Source of the DNA: Chloroflexota bacterium | GTDB lineage: Bacteria > Chloroflexota > Dehalococcoidia > Lucifugimonadales > GCA-002723415 | Assembly (NCBI GenBank): GCA_002721445.1 | Contig: PBKN01000012.1 | Span: 8,362 to 72,361 of the forward strand | DNA: 64,000 nucleotides | Direction of reading: 5' to 3' | In this document: positions 10,234-19,264 of the stretch, piece by piece | Layout: each line of letters opens with the position of its first letter | Position numbering within the stretch: the stretch's first letter is position 1 | Notes under the pieces: model-generated | The model's input: the letters and a program-made list of their open reading frames with translations, nothing else | Database searches by the model: none | Told to the model about the DNA's origin: nothing | Program-made: the position numbers and the translations under genes

Positions 10234-10953
10234 ATGACAGAATCAATAAATCACTTGAACAACTCTATTAAAAATGGAAAAAGCTGGTTTATATCTCTAT
10301 TAGAATCAATTTCAATTTGGACAAAACCTGAAGAGAAATACAATAATAATAACTATATATATTTTTTAGATGGAGAAGCATTTGACTGGTTAGTTTTAGC
10401 TGAAAGGTTATGTTATGAAATTAATAATTTTAATTTATACAAAAAAGAAATAGAAAAATTCATAACCTATGGCGAGCTACCCGAAATAATATCACTCTCT
10501 ATTTTTAAAAATTCAATTGGTCTTAGTAAGTATAGAGGTTATTTAAATTATTTTTATGGAATTACGATAGAAGAATCACTATTAATATCAGTTGAAAGTG
10601 AAATACAAAAACGCAATTTGAGTAATGGGAAACAGTTCAATCAAGATTATACAGAACTAGCATTTGAAAGTATTTATTTATCAAGCCAAACCGTATTATT
10701 AGGCAATTTTTTTGAAGAACAAAAAATAAAACCTAAAAAACATCTGTCTATAACTGAAAATAAATTATTCACATATTGGTTATTCAAATATAGACTTAAA
10801 TCTTCAGATAAGTCTAGATCTGCAAGTTATACAAAAAAGGGAATAAATCAATTTTATAAGATCCAAAACTCCTCTAAAATAAATAATACTTCTGCCAAAT
10901 TACTAAACAAAAAATCTGCCTTAGATGCTTTTAATTCATATGATAAAAATTAA
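10234..10953 (+). CDS. Hypothetical protein (no family recognised)
   Basis: 239-aa ORF filling the gap between secA and valS. No recognisable motifs. Its stop overlaps the valS stop in a TTAA. Confidence 0.5.
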   Translation: MTESINHLNNSIKNGKSWFISLLESISIWTKPEEKYNNNNYIYFLDGEAFDWLVLAERLCYEINNFNLYKKEIEKFITYGELPEIISLSIFKNSIGLSKYRGYLNYFYGITIEESLLISVESEIQKRNLSNGKQFNQDYTELAFESIYLSSQTVLLGNFFEEQKIKPKKHLSITENKLFTYWLFKYRLKSSDKSRSASYTKKGINQFYKIQNSSKINNTSAKLLNKKSALDAFNSYDKN

Positions 10954-13652
10954 CTATTAATTGTTTTACTAAGTAAATCCTCAATCCTATTTTTACGTTC
11001 AATAATGGAATTTAACCTTTCCGTCTCTTTATCAATTATATCTTGAGGTGCATTAGATAAAAATCTATTATCATTGAGTCTTTTTGACAACCCATCTTCT
11101 CTAGAAATTAGTTCTTGTTTTTCAAATTCTAATCTTTTAATTTCGATATTTATATCTACTTCGTTAGGTAATACAATATTTAAAACACAATTAGATAAAA
11201 CTACAGAAACCGTTTTTTCTTTGGACACACTAGAAAATTCTTCATAATTCATAAATGATCTAATTTTGCCCATATGAATTATTGTTTCTTTTTCTTTAAT
11301 AATATTTTCATTGAATTCATCTGACTTAAAATAGACATCTAAATTATTAATATTTTGAATACGAAAATCTACTTTTATATTTCTTATAGCTCTAATTATT
11401 TCAATTACTATCGTAATATTTTTTACAGAATCATTATCTGTTAATTTATTTTCTGTTTCTGAAAAAATAGGATATGAGCTGATTATTAGAGGTTTATGTT
11501 CTTGTGAATCAATTGATTTCATCAGTAATTGCCATATTTTTTCTGTTATAAAAGGCATAAAAGGATGCAATAATCGTATAACACCTTGTAGAATGTATAC
11601 TAAAGTAAGGACAGCATCTTTTTCTCCAGGGTTTCTAAGTCGAATTTTAATCATCTCAAGGTACCAATCACAAAATTCAGTCCAGAAAAAATCATAAATT
11701 GACTTTTGAGCTTCACTAAATTGGTAACTGTTGAAAAACCTATCAACTTCTTTAATAGTTTCTAAATATCTAGTTATTATCCACCTGTCATGCGTATTAG
11801 AAGGATTAACAGAGCAAAAATCATAATTCAAATCAAATTTATTTACATTACTCATGACAAATCTGGAAGCATTCCAGAGTTTATTTGCAAAATTACGAGC
11901 AGATTCCATTTTCTGCTCATTTAACCTCATATCATTACCAGGTGAAGTCCCAGTAGTTAATGCAAACCTCAAAGCATCAGCACCATAAGTATCTATTAAG
12001 TCTAAGGGATCCATAACATTCCCTTTAGATTTACTCATTTTAATTCCATCAGGGTCGCGGACTAATCCATGTAGATATATATTCTGAAAAGGAATTTCCC
12101 CTGTGTTTTCAATACCTAACATAATCATTCTAGCAACCCAAAAGAATAAAATATCATGACCTGTTTCCATCACTGAAGATGGATAAAAATAATCTAAATC
12201 CTCTGTATTTTCTGGCCAGCCCAAAGTCGAGTGCGTCCATAATCCTGAACTAAACCATGTGTCTAAGACATCTGGATCTTGATATATATTATTTGAATAA
12301 CATTTATTACAATTTTCTAAATCTTCTGTTTGAACAATAGTTGAATTACAATCATTACAATTCCATACAGGGATTCGATGGCCCCACCATAGCTGTCTAC
12401 TAATACACCAATCTCTAATATTATCCATCCAATTAAAATATATCTTTGAAAACCTATCCGGAATTATTTTTATTGAACCATTAGTTATTACTTCTCTAGC
12501 CTTTTTTGCTAAAGGCTCAACTTTAACATACCACTGTTTGCTAATTATAGGTTCTACAATTTCATCACACCTATCACAATGCCCAACCGAATGATTAATA
12601 TCTTCAATCTTTAACAAGTTACCTAATTTTTCTAATTCCTTTACAATTTCATTTCTTGAATCTTTTATTGATAAACCAGCAAAATCGCCTGCATTATCAT
12701 TAAGTTTTCCATTTGCATCAAACAAATTTATAAATTCAAGTTTATGTTTTTCTCCAAGAATAAAATCATTTGGATCATGCCCTGGAGTAACCTTTAATGC
12801 TCCTGTACCATATTCAATATCTACTATAGAATCTTTAATAATATTCAGCCTTCTACCCACTATAGGTAAAATCACATTTTTGCCAATATATTTTTTATAT
12901 CTTTCGTCTTTAGAATTAACTGCGACTGCAGTATCTCCTAACATAGTTTCAGGTCGAGTTGTTGCAATAACTATATGTGAATCAGAATTCTCAATATCAT
13001 ATTTAATATAATATAAATTGCCTTTTTCATCTTTATATTTAACTTCCAGATCAGATAAGGCAGTAAGACAACGAGGACACCAGTTGGTAATTGAGTCTTT
13101 TCTGTAAATTAAACCTTTATTATATAGATTCACAAAAGTATTTCGAACTGCTTTAGAGGGTACAGAATCTAATGTAAAACTTTTCCTACTCCAGTCACAT
13201 GAAGCACCTAAACGTTTAAATTGATCATAAATTCTATCTCCATAGAGTTCAACCCATTCCCACACTTTATTTATAAAAAGTTCTCTCCCTAGATCATGTC
13301 TAGTAATACCTTGAGATGCTAATGATTTTTCCACTACAACTTGAGTAGCTATACCAGCATGATCAGATCCTGGCAAAAACAATGTAGGATCCCCTTTCAT
13401 CCTATGCCACCTTACCATTAAATCTTCAAGCGCTACAGTTAATGCATGACCAATATGTAATTCACCTGTTACATTAGGAGGAGGCATAATAATTACAAAA
13501 GGTTTTCTAGTTTTATCAATTTTAGGCGTAAAGTGTCCAGAACTCATCCAATATTCATAAATATTTAATTCAACTAATTTTGAATCGTAAACTTTATCCA
13601 TAATAAATTCAGAATTTAATTCGCTACTTGTCATATATTTATCTAACCTCAC
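10950..13652 (-). CDS. valS: Valine--tRNA ligase
   Basis: PPNVTGELHIGHAL (HIGH) and KMSKSKGN (KMSKS) motifs with a C-terminal coiled coil. The true start is probably ATG 13634 (after GTGAGG) or 13601 (MDKVYDS...). Confidence 0.95.
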   Translation of the reverse strand: MRLDKYMTSSELNSEFIMDKVYDSKLVELNIYEYWMSSGHFTPKIDKTRKPFVIIMPPPNVTGELHIGHALTVALEDLMVRWHRMKGDPTLFLPGSDHAGIATQVVVEKSLASQGITRHDLGRELFINKVWEWVELYGDRIYDQFKRLGASCDWSRKSFTLDSVPSKAVRNTFVNLYNKGLIYRKDSITNWCPRCLTALSDLEVKYKDEKGNLYYIKYDIENSDSHIVIATTRPETMLGDTAVAVNSKDERYKKYIGKNVILPIVGRRLNIIKDSIVDIEYGTGALKVTPGHDPNDFILGEKHKLEFINLFDANGKLNDNAGDFAGLSIKDSRNEIVKELEKLGNLLKIEDINHSVGHCDRCDEIVEPIISKQWYVKVEPLAKKAREVITNGSIKIIPDRFSKIYFNWMDNIRDWCISRQLWWGHRIPVWNCNDCNSTIVQTEDLENCNKCYSNNIYQDPDVLDTWFSSGLWTHSTLGWPENTEDLDYFYPSSVMETGHDILFFWVARMIMLGIENTGEIPFQNIYLHGLVRDPDGIKMSKSKGNVMDPLDLIDTYGADALRFALTTGTSPGNDMRLNEQKMESARNFANKLWNASRFVMSNVNKFDLNYDFCSVNPSNTHDRWIITRYLETIKEVDRFFNSYQFSEAQKSIYDFFWTEFCDWYLEMIKIRLRNPGEKDAVLTLVYILQGVIRLLHPFMPFITEKIWQLLMKSIDSQEHKPLIISSYPIFSETENKLTDNDSVKNITIVIEIIRAIRNIKVDFRIQNINNLDVYFKSDEFNENIIKEKETIIHMGKIRSFMNYEEFSSVSKEKTVSVVLSNCVLNIVLPNEVDINIEIKRLEFEKQELISREDGLSKRLNDNRFLSNAPQDIIDKETERLNSIIERKNRIEDLLSKTINS

Positions 13653-13796
13653 TAATTTATATACTATCAGAAAGATAACAAATAATTGAATATAATACTT
13701 ACGTTATTATTAATACATATCTTTAATAAATCTCATTATACAAGTATAATTTACTCAATAAATACTTAATAACATAATCATATAGAAGGTTTCCTT

Positions 13797-15983
13797 ATGG
13801 ATCTAATTAATATAGCCAACATAAAAGTATCACCTAATATTTACAAATTAATTAATGAAAAAATAATTCCCGGTACTAATGTGACAAAAGAAAAGTTTTG
13901 GAATGAATTTAGTTCAATTATTGAAGATTTAAGCAAAAAAAATGAAACATTGTTAAAAGAAAGAGACGAAATACAAGAAACTATAGATAATTGGCACCTC
14001 GACAACAAAAATAGATCCTTTGATATAGTTGAATATAAGAAATTTCTAGAAGAAATAAACTATTTAATTAAAAAATGCCCAGATTTTAAAATAAATACAA
14101 AAAACATTGATAAAGAAATATCTATGATTGCTGGTCCTCAATTAGTAGTTCCTGTAGATAATGCTAGATTTGCAATTAATGCTGCAAATGCTAGATGGTG
14201 GAGTTTATATGATTCTCTTTATGGAACTGATGCTATACCTGAAGAATACGGAGCTACAAAAACTACGGCATATAATATACATAGAGGATCAAAAGTAGTA
14301 TCTTTTTCAAATATATTTTTAGATAATATTTTTTCTTTAGAAAATTCTAGTTATTCAAGTGTAAGTAGCTTCCAAATAGATAAAACTGATAATAAATACA
14401 ACTTAATAGCAATATTAACTGATAACACTAAGACACAATTAACTGATCCATCTAAATTTGTAGGATATACAAAAAAAGCTGATGGAGAATTAACGTCAAT
14501 ATTGTTAAAAAATAATGGATTACATATTGAAATACAATTAAACAGAGAAGATTCAATAGGAAAGTTACATTCTGCAGGAATTAAAGATATCTTAATTGAA
14601 TCAGCAATTACTGCAATTCAAGATTTCGAAGATTCTGTATCAGCAGTAGATGAAGAAGATAAAATTAGTGCATATACTAATTGGACTGATTTAATGAAAG
14701 GAACTATAACTTCTACCTTTACAAAAGATGGATCTGAATTAGTACGAACATTAAACCCAGATAAAATTTTTATATCCCAAGAAAACGAAAATGATACCTA
14801 TATAATATCTGGAAGAAGTTTAATTCTAGCAAGAAATGTAGGTATACATATGTATACTGACATTATATTAACAAAAGAAAATGAAAAAACTCCTGAAGGT
14901 TTCTTAGATATCATGGTAACTGCATTGGCATCTATGCATGATTTAAACGGTAATTCAAAATATTCTAATAGTCCAAATAAAAGCATATATATAGTTAAAC
15001 CAAAAATGCATGGGCCAAAAGAAGTTGCAGCAACGGTTGAACTATTTTCCAGAGTAGAAAAAGCATTAAATTTAAATAATAATACAATTAAAATTGGAAT
15101 AATGGATGAAGAAAGACGCACTTCTGTTAATCTCCAACAATGTATATATGAAGCAAAAGATAGAATTATCTTTATAAATACTGGTTTCTTAGATAGAACG
15201 GGAGATGAAATTCATACTAGCATGAAAGCTGGAGCATTTCTACCGAAATCTGAAATCAAAAATCAACCATGGATACAAGCTTACGAAGATCAAAATGTCG
15301 ACATTGCCATTAAAAGTGGATTTATAGGTAAAGCTCAAATTGGCAAAGGAATGTGGGCTATGCCTGATGAAATGAAAGAGATGCTAAACAATAAAATAGG
15401 TCATCCAAAATCTGGAGCCAGTACTGCATGGGTCCCTTCTCCAACTGCTGCAGCCTTACATGCACTTCATTATCATTACGTAAATGTAAAAGATATACAA
15501 GATCAATTATTAAATAGAGAACCTTCTGATATCTTAAATTTATTAACTCCTCCTCTAATGTCTGAAAAATTATTAGAGGAATCTCAAATTCAAAAAGAAT
15601 TAGAAAATAACGCACAAAGTATTTTAGGGTATGTTTCTAGATGGATTGGTCAAGGCATAGGATGTTCTAAAGTATTAGATATAGATAATGTTGCATTAAT
15701 GGAAGATAGAGCTACTTTAAGAATTTCAAGCCAACATATTGCAAACTGGATTTTGCATGATATCACTAACAAAGAAGATGTAATATCAATATTTAAACGA
15801 ATGGCTAAAATTGTTGACATACAAAATAAAGATGATGTTAATTATACAAAAATGTCTGATAATTATGAAAAAAGTATAGAATTCCAAGCAGCACTCGAAT
15901 TAGTATTCAATGGAGTTGATACTCCAAATGGATACACAGAAGATATACTACATAGTTATAGAAGAAAATCTAAGAATCCTTAG
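13797..15983 (+). CDS. glcB: Malate synthase G
   Basis: 728 aa, the size of the G-type enzyme. MEDRATLRISSQHIANW and IGIMDEERRTS motifs. SD GAAGG. Confidence 0.93.
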   Translation: MDLINIANIKVSPNIYKLINEKIIPGTNVTKEKFWNEFSSIIEDLSKKNETLLKERDEIQETIDNWHLDNKNRSFDIVEYKKFLEEINYLIKKCPDFKINTKNIDKEISMIAGPQLVVPVDNARFAINAANARWWSLYDSLYGTDAIPEEYGATKTTAYNIHRGSKVVSFSNIFLDNIFSLENSSYSSVSSFQIDKTDNKYNLIAILTDNTKTQLTDPSKFVGYTKKADGELTSILLKNNGLHIEIQLNREDSIGKLHSAGIKDILIESAITAIQDFEDSVSAVDEEDKISAYTNWTDLMKGTITSTFTKDGSELVRTLNPDKIFISQENENDTYIISGRSLILARNVGIHMYTDIILTKENEKTPEGFLDIMVTALASMHDLNGNSKYSNSPNKSIYIVKPKMHGPKEVAATVELFSRVEKALNLNNNTIKIGIMDEERRTSVNLQQCIYEAKDRIIFINTGFLDRTGDEIHTSMKAGAFLPKSEIKNQPWIQAYEDQNVDIAIKSGFIGKAQIGKGMWAMPDEMKEMLNNKIGHPKSGASTAWVPSPTAAALHALHYHYVNVKDIQDQLLNREPSDILNLLTPPLMSEKLLEESQIQKELENNAQSILGYVSRWIGQGIGCSKVLDIDNVALMEDRATLRISSQHIANWILHDITNKEDVISIFKRMAKIVDIQNKDDVNYTKMSDNYEKSIEFQAALELVFNGVDTPNGYTEDILHSYRRKSKNP

Positions 15984-16359
15984 ATCTATATAAACTAACA
16001 GCAGCATAAGAAATTTCACTATCTTTAATTGGTGGATTTAGTTTTCTGACTTCAACATGTACTGATTTAACTTTAGGAATTAAAAATAATTCTGCTATGA
16101 TTTTATCAGCTATTGTTTCTATCATATTATAGTTAGAAAACATAACTATATCTTTAACTATATTAAATATATTACTATAATCTACTGTGTCATCAATCAA
16201 GTCTGATTTAAAAACTTTATCCAATAAACATTCCATCTCTAAATTTATTGAAAAGTTCTGACCTAACACCTTTTCTTCTTCAGTTAATCCGTGATGAGCA
16301 AAAAATTTAATATCATTTAATATAATTTTAGATATTTCTTTCAAATTATTTATCCTCAA
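15970..16359 (-). CDS. folB: Dihydroneopterin aldolase
   Basis: 129 aa. FAHHGLTEEEKVLGQNFSINLEM...DDTVDYS matches the FolB pattern. Its 3' end overlaps the glcB 3' end by 14 nt. Confidence 0.85.
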   Translation of the reverse strand: MRINNLKEISKIILNDIKFFAHHGLTEEEKVLGQNFSINLEMECLLDKVFKSDLIDDTVDYSNIFNIVKDIVMFSNYNMIETIADKIIAELFLIPKVKSVHVEVRKLNPPIKDSEISYAAVSLYRSKDS

Positions 16360-17212
16360 GCCTTTTTATACTTGCTAATATTTTTTTTGCTCTTTCAACA
16401 ACTGGAATATCAATCATTGAACCATTTATAGACGTAGAACCTCGACCATTTATTTGAGCTTCTTTAAAAGATTTAATTATATTCCTAGCATTTTCAATTT
16501 CATCTATAGATGGAGAAAATTTCTCGTTAATAATTTCAATTTGTGAAGGATGAATAGCAAATTTACCTAAAAACCCTAATCTTTTAGCAATAAATATATC
16601 TCTTTTTAAACCATCTATGTCTTTAAACTTTGTATAAGGAGTATCAAAAGCTTCTATACCTGCAGATTTCGCAGCAATAACTATTAACTTACGAGGATAA
16701 TCTATTTCAAATCCATCATCTGAACGCATAATACCCATATCATTAGTAAAATCTTCTGCACCAAATGCAACCGATAAAATTCGAGGAGAACTAGAACATA
16801 CTTTAAAAGCATTTGTTATACCCAAAGCCGTTTCTATCCAAGGTATAATTTTAATACTTCCTTTTTCAATTTTATTAATTTTTTCATATTTATCTAATAT
16901 ATTTGAAATAAATTTTATATCGTCATCAGAACTAACTTTACCAACAGAGATTCCATAAATTTTATGCTCTAATACCGCACGAATATCTTCTTCAAAAAAC
17001 CCTGAATTAATTGGATTAACTCTAGGTATAATTATATTATTATTAATTGTCATATTAGGTAAAAACTCAGAAATAATATTTCTAGCTTCATCTTTTCTAT
17101 CAAAAGGGACAGAATCTTCCATATCAGGGATGTATACATCTGGAAAAAAAGTTAAAGACTTTTCTAACATACTTAATCTATTCCCTGGAATAAACAATAA
17201 ACTTCTAAACAT
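16346..17212 (-). CDS. HpcH/HpaI aldolase / citrate lyase beta (CitE)-like acyl-CoA lyase
   Basis: 288 aa. RSLLFIPGNR N-terminus, PDMEDSV metal/substrate motif and KFAIHPSQI. The family includes malyl-CoA and citramalyl-CoA lyases. Confidence 0.8.
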   Translation of the reverse strand: MFRSLLFIPGNRLSMLEKSLTFFPDVYIPDMEDSVPFDRKDEARNIISEFLPNMTINNNIIIPRVNPINSGFFEEDIRAVLEHKIYGISVGKVSSDDDIKFISNILDKYEKINKIEKGSIKIIPWIETALGITNAFKVCSSSPRILSVAFGAEDFTNDMGIMRSDDGFEIDYPRKLIVIAAKSAGIEAFDTPYTKFKDIDGLKRDIFIAKRLGFLGKFAIHPSQIEIINEKFSPSIDEIENARNIIKSFKEAQINGRGSTSINGSMIDIPVVERAKKILASIKRLEDK

Positions 17213-17303
17213 ATATATCCTTTACTGTAAATGGTATAGTAAAAATTAACATTTTTAATTTAAAACAATTAAAAGATGAAATCAAACTATAAATTAATCA
17301 AAT

Positions 17304-18104
17304 ATGAGTAAATATAATAATAATAATAATAAATTAAACAAAGTTCCACGTATAGAAATTATAGGAATTTCAGGAATACCTGAAATTAAATACAAAGATA
17401 ATTTAGCAAGAATTATAGTATCCAAGTCAATTGAACAAGGAACTCCAATTGAAGAAAACGATATAATAATAATAACTCAAAAAATTGTTTCCAAATCAGA
17501 AGGCCAAATAAAGAATTTAATCAATATTAAACCTTCAGAATATTCGATAAAATTAGCATCCAAAATAAATAAAGATCCAAGACTAATTGAATTAATAATA
17601 AATGAAAGTAAGTCAATAATTCGTATAGATGAAAAAAGAAGCATATTAATAACTGAAACTAAACAAGGATTTATATGTGCAAATGCAGGAATAGATAATT
17701 CAAATATACCCGGCAGTAATAATGTATCACTATTACCAAAAGATCCAGATAAATCAGCAAATAATATATGTTCGGATATTTCTTATTTAATTAACCAAAC
17801 TCCTATATCTGTAATAATTACTGATACTTTTGGTAGAGCATGGAGAAAAGGTCAAGTAAATTTTGCAATAGGTACTTCAAGAATAGAACCTTTACTAGAT
17901 TATATGAATGAAAAGGATTCACAAGGAAAAATACTTAAAAGCACAAATATTTGTATAGCTGATGAATTAGCTTCAGCTGCTGAGTTAGTTAATTTTAAAT
18001 CAAATCAAATACCTGTTTCTATAATTAGAAACTACCCATATTCAATATCTTCTTCAGGAGCTAAAGAAATAATAAGGGCAAAAAATGAAGATCTATTTAG
18101 ATAA
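17304..18104 (+). CDS. cofE: Coenzyme F420-0:L-glutamate ligase (CofE-like)
   Basis: 266 aa. ITQKIVSKSEG and GFICANAGIDNSN motifs are characteristic of CofE/FbiB-N. An N-terminal poly-Asn is encoded by (AAT)5. Confidence 0.8.
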   Translation: MSKYNNNNNKLNKVPRIEIIGISGIPEIKYKDNLARIIVSKSIEQGTPIEENDIIIITQKIVSKSEGQIKNLINIKPSEYSIKLASKINKDPRLIELIINESKSIIRIDEKRSILITETKQGFICANAGIDNSNIPGSNNVSLLPKDPDKSANNICSDISYLINQTPISVIITDTFGRAWRKGQVNFAIGTSRIEPLLDYMNEKDSQGKILKSTNICIADELASAAELVNFKSNQIPVSIIRNYPYSISSSGAKEIIRAKNEDLFR

Positions 18105-18137
18105 TAATATAATCCCTGATTAATTTAAATTAAAATA

Positions 18138-19238
18138 TTATTCGATAGCATCGCTGATTATATCTCCCATTTTACTAGTAGATATTGCTTCATATCCACT
18201 AGATACAATATCTTTAGTTCGATAACCCAATGATAATGAAGAATTTATAGATTTATAAATTGCATCAGCCTCTACCTTTAATCCAAAAGAATAATTTAAC
18301 ATTAAAGCAACACTTAATATCATTCCTATCGGGTTAGCTATCCCCTTGCCTGCTATATCTGGAGCTGTTCCATGTATTGGCTCATATAATGAAGGTTTAA
18401 TTTTTTTGGAATTACTATTATTATTCAAAGAAGATAAACTAGCAGACGGAATCATACCCATAGATCCCGATAATACTGAAGCTTCATCAGTTAATATATC
18501 ACCAAAAGTATTCTCTGAAACAATTACATCAAATTTATAAGGATTTTGAATTATCTGCATAGATGCATTATCAACAAGAATATGCTCTAAATTTACATTA
18601 GGGTAATCTTTAGACATCTCTGTAGCAATTTGCCTCCACAACCTTCCAGTTTCTAAAACATTTGCTTTATCTATAGATGCTAATTTTTGGTTTCTAGATG
18701 ATGCAAGTTGAAAAGCAACTTTTAAAATTCTTTTTATTTCTGACTCTGAATAAATTAAAGTATCTACTGCTTTACGACCTTTGGCAGTTACCCAACGTTT
18801 TTTTGGTGACCCGAAATAAAGTCCTCCAGTTAATTCTCTAACAACAATGATATCAACTTCATTCAATAGATCTGATTTAATAGGACTTGAATCAATCAAA
18901 GATTTAAAAATTTTAATAGGTCGTAAATTTGCAAACAAATTTAATGATTTTCTCAAAAACAAAATACCATCTTCAGGTCTTAATTCTGCATTAGGATCAT
19001 CCCACTTAGGGCCACCAACTGCACCAAATAATATAGCATCAGATTTATCTATTACTGAAAGTGTTTCTTTAGGAATCGGATTAGCATATTTATCAATTGC
19101 TGCACCTCCTATAATTCCATCAAGTAATTCAAAAGAATGGTCATATTTTTTCTCAATAACTTTTAAAATTTTTACTGCTTCAGATATAACCTCTGGGCCT
19201 ATTCCATCTCCTGGTAATATTGCAATTTTATAATCCAT
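18138..19238 (-). CDS. leuB: 3-isopropylmalate dehydrogenase
   Basis: 366 aa. ILPGDGIGPEV, NLRP and NTFGDILTDEAS..GS.GM.PSAS motifs. Confidence 0.9.
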   Translation of the reverse strand: MDYKIAILPGDGIGPEVISEAVKILKVIEKKYDHSFELLDGIIGGAAIDKYANPIPKETLSVIDKSDAILFGAVGGPKWDDPNAELRPEDGILFLRKSLNLFANLRPIKIFKSLIDSSPIKSDLLNEVDIIVVRELTGGLYFGSPKKRWVTAKGRKAVDTLIYSESEIKRILKVAFQLASSRNQKLASIDKANVLETGRLWRQIATEMSKDYPNVNLEHILVDNASMQIIQNPYKFDVIVSENTFGDILTDEASVLSGSMGMIPSASLSSLNNNSNSKKIKPSLYEPIHGTAPDIAGKGIANPIGMILSVALMLNYSFGLKVEADAIYKSINSSLSLGYRTKDIVSSGYEAISTSKMGDIISDAIE

Positions 19239-19264
19239 TTAAACTCCTATTTATATAATTAAAA

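Noticed and set aside
13653-13796. Looked for a T-box leader or riboswitch upstream of valS (and of leuS at 21737-21771)
   Set aside because: The spacers are too short and AT-rich. There is no conserved T-box sequence and no specifier-loop architecture.
14798-15615. Minus-strand ORFs of 107 and 85 aa inside glcB
   Set aside because: They are antisense to malate synthase G, with no motifs or SD.
17316-17330. (AAT)5 trinucleotide repeat at the 5' end of cofE. (AT)n runs also occur at 1071-1086, 37853-37866, 55226-55239 and 62645-62658.
   Set aside because: Short AT-type microsatellites are expected by chance at this base composition. The repeat numbers are too low to argue for phase variation.
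18847-19233. 128-aa plus-strand ORF (and the 64-aa ORF at 18346-18540)
   Set aside because: Both are antisense to leuB, whose product carries all IPMDH motifs. No SD and no recognisable domain.
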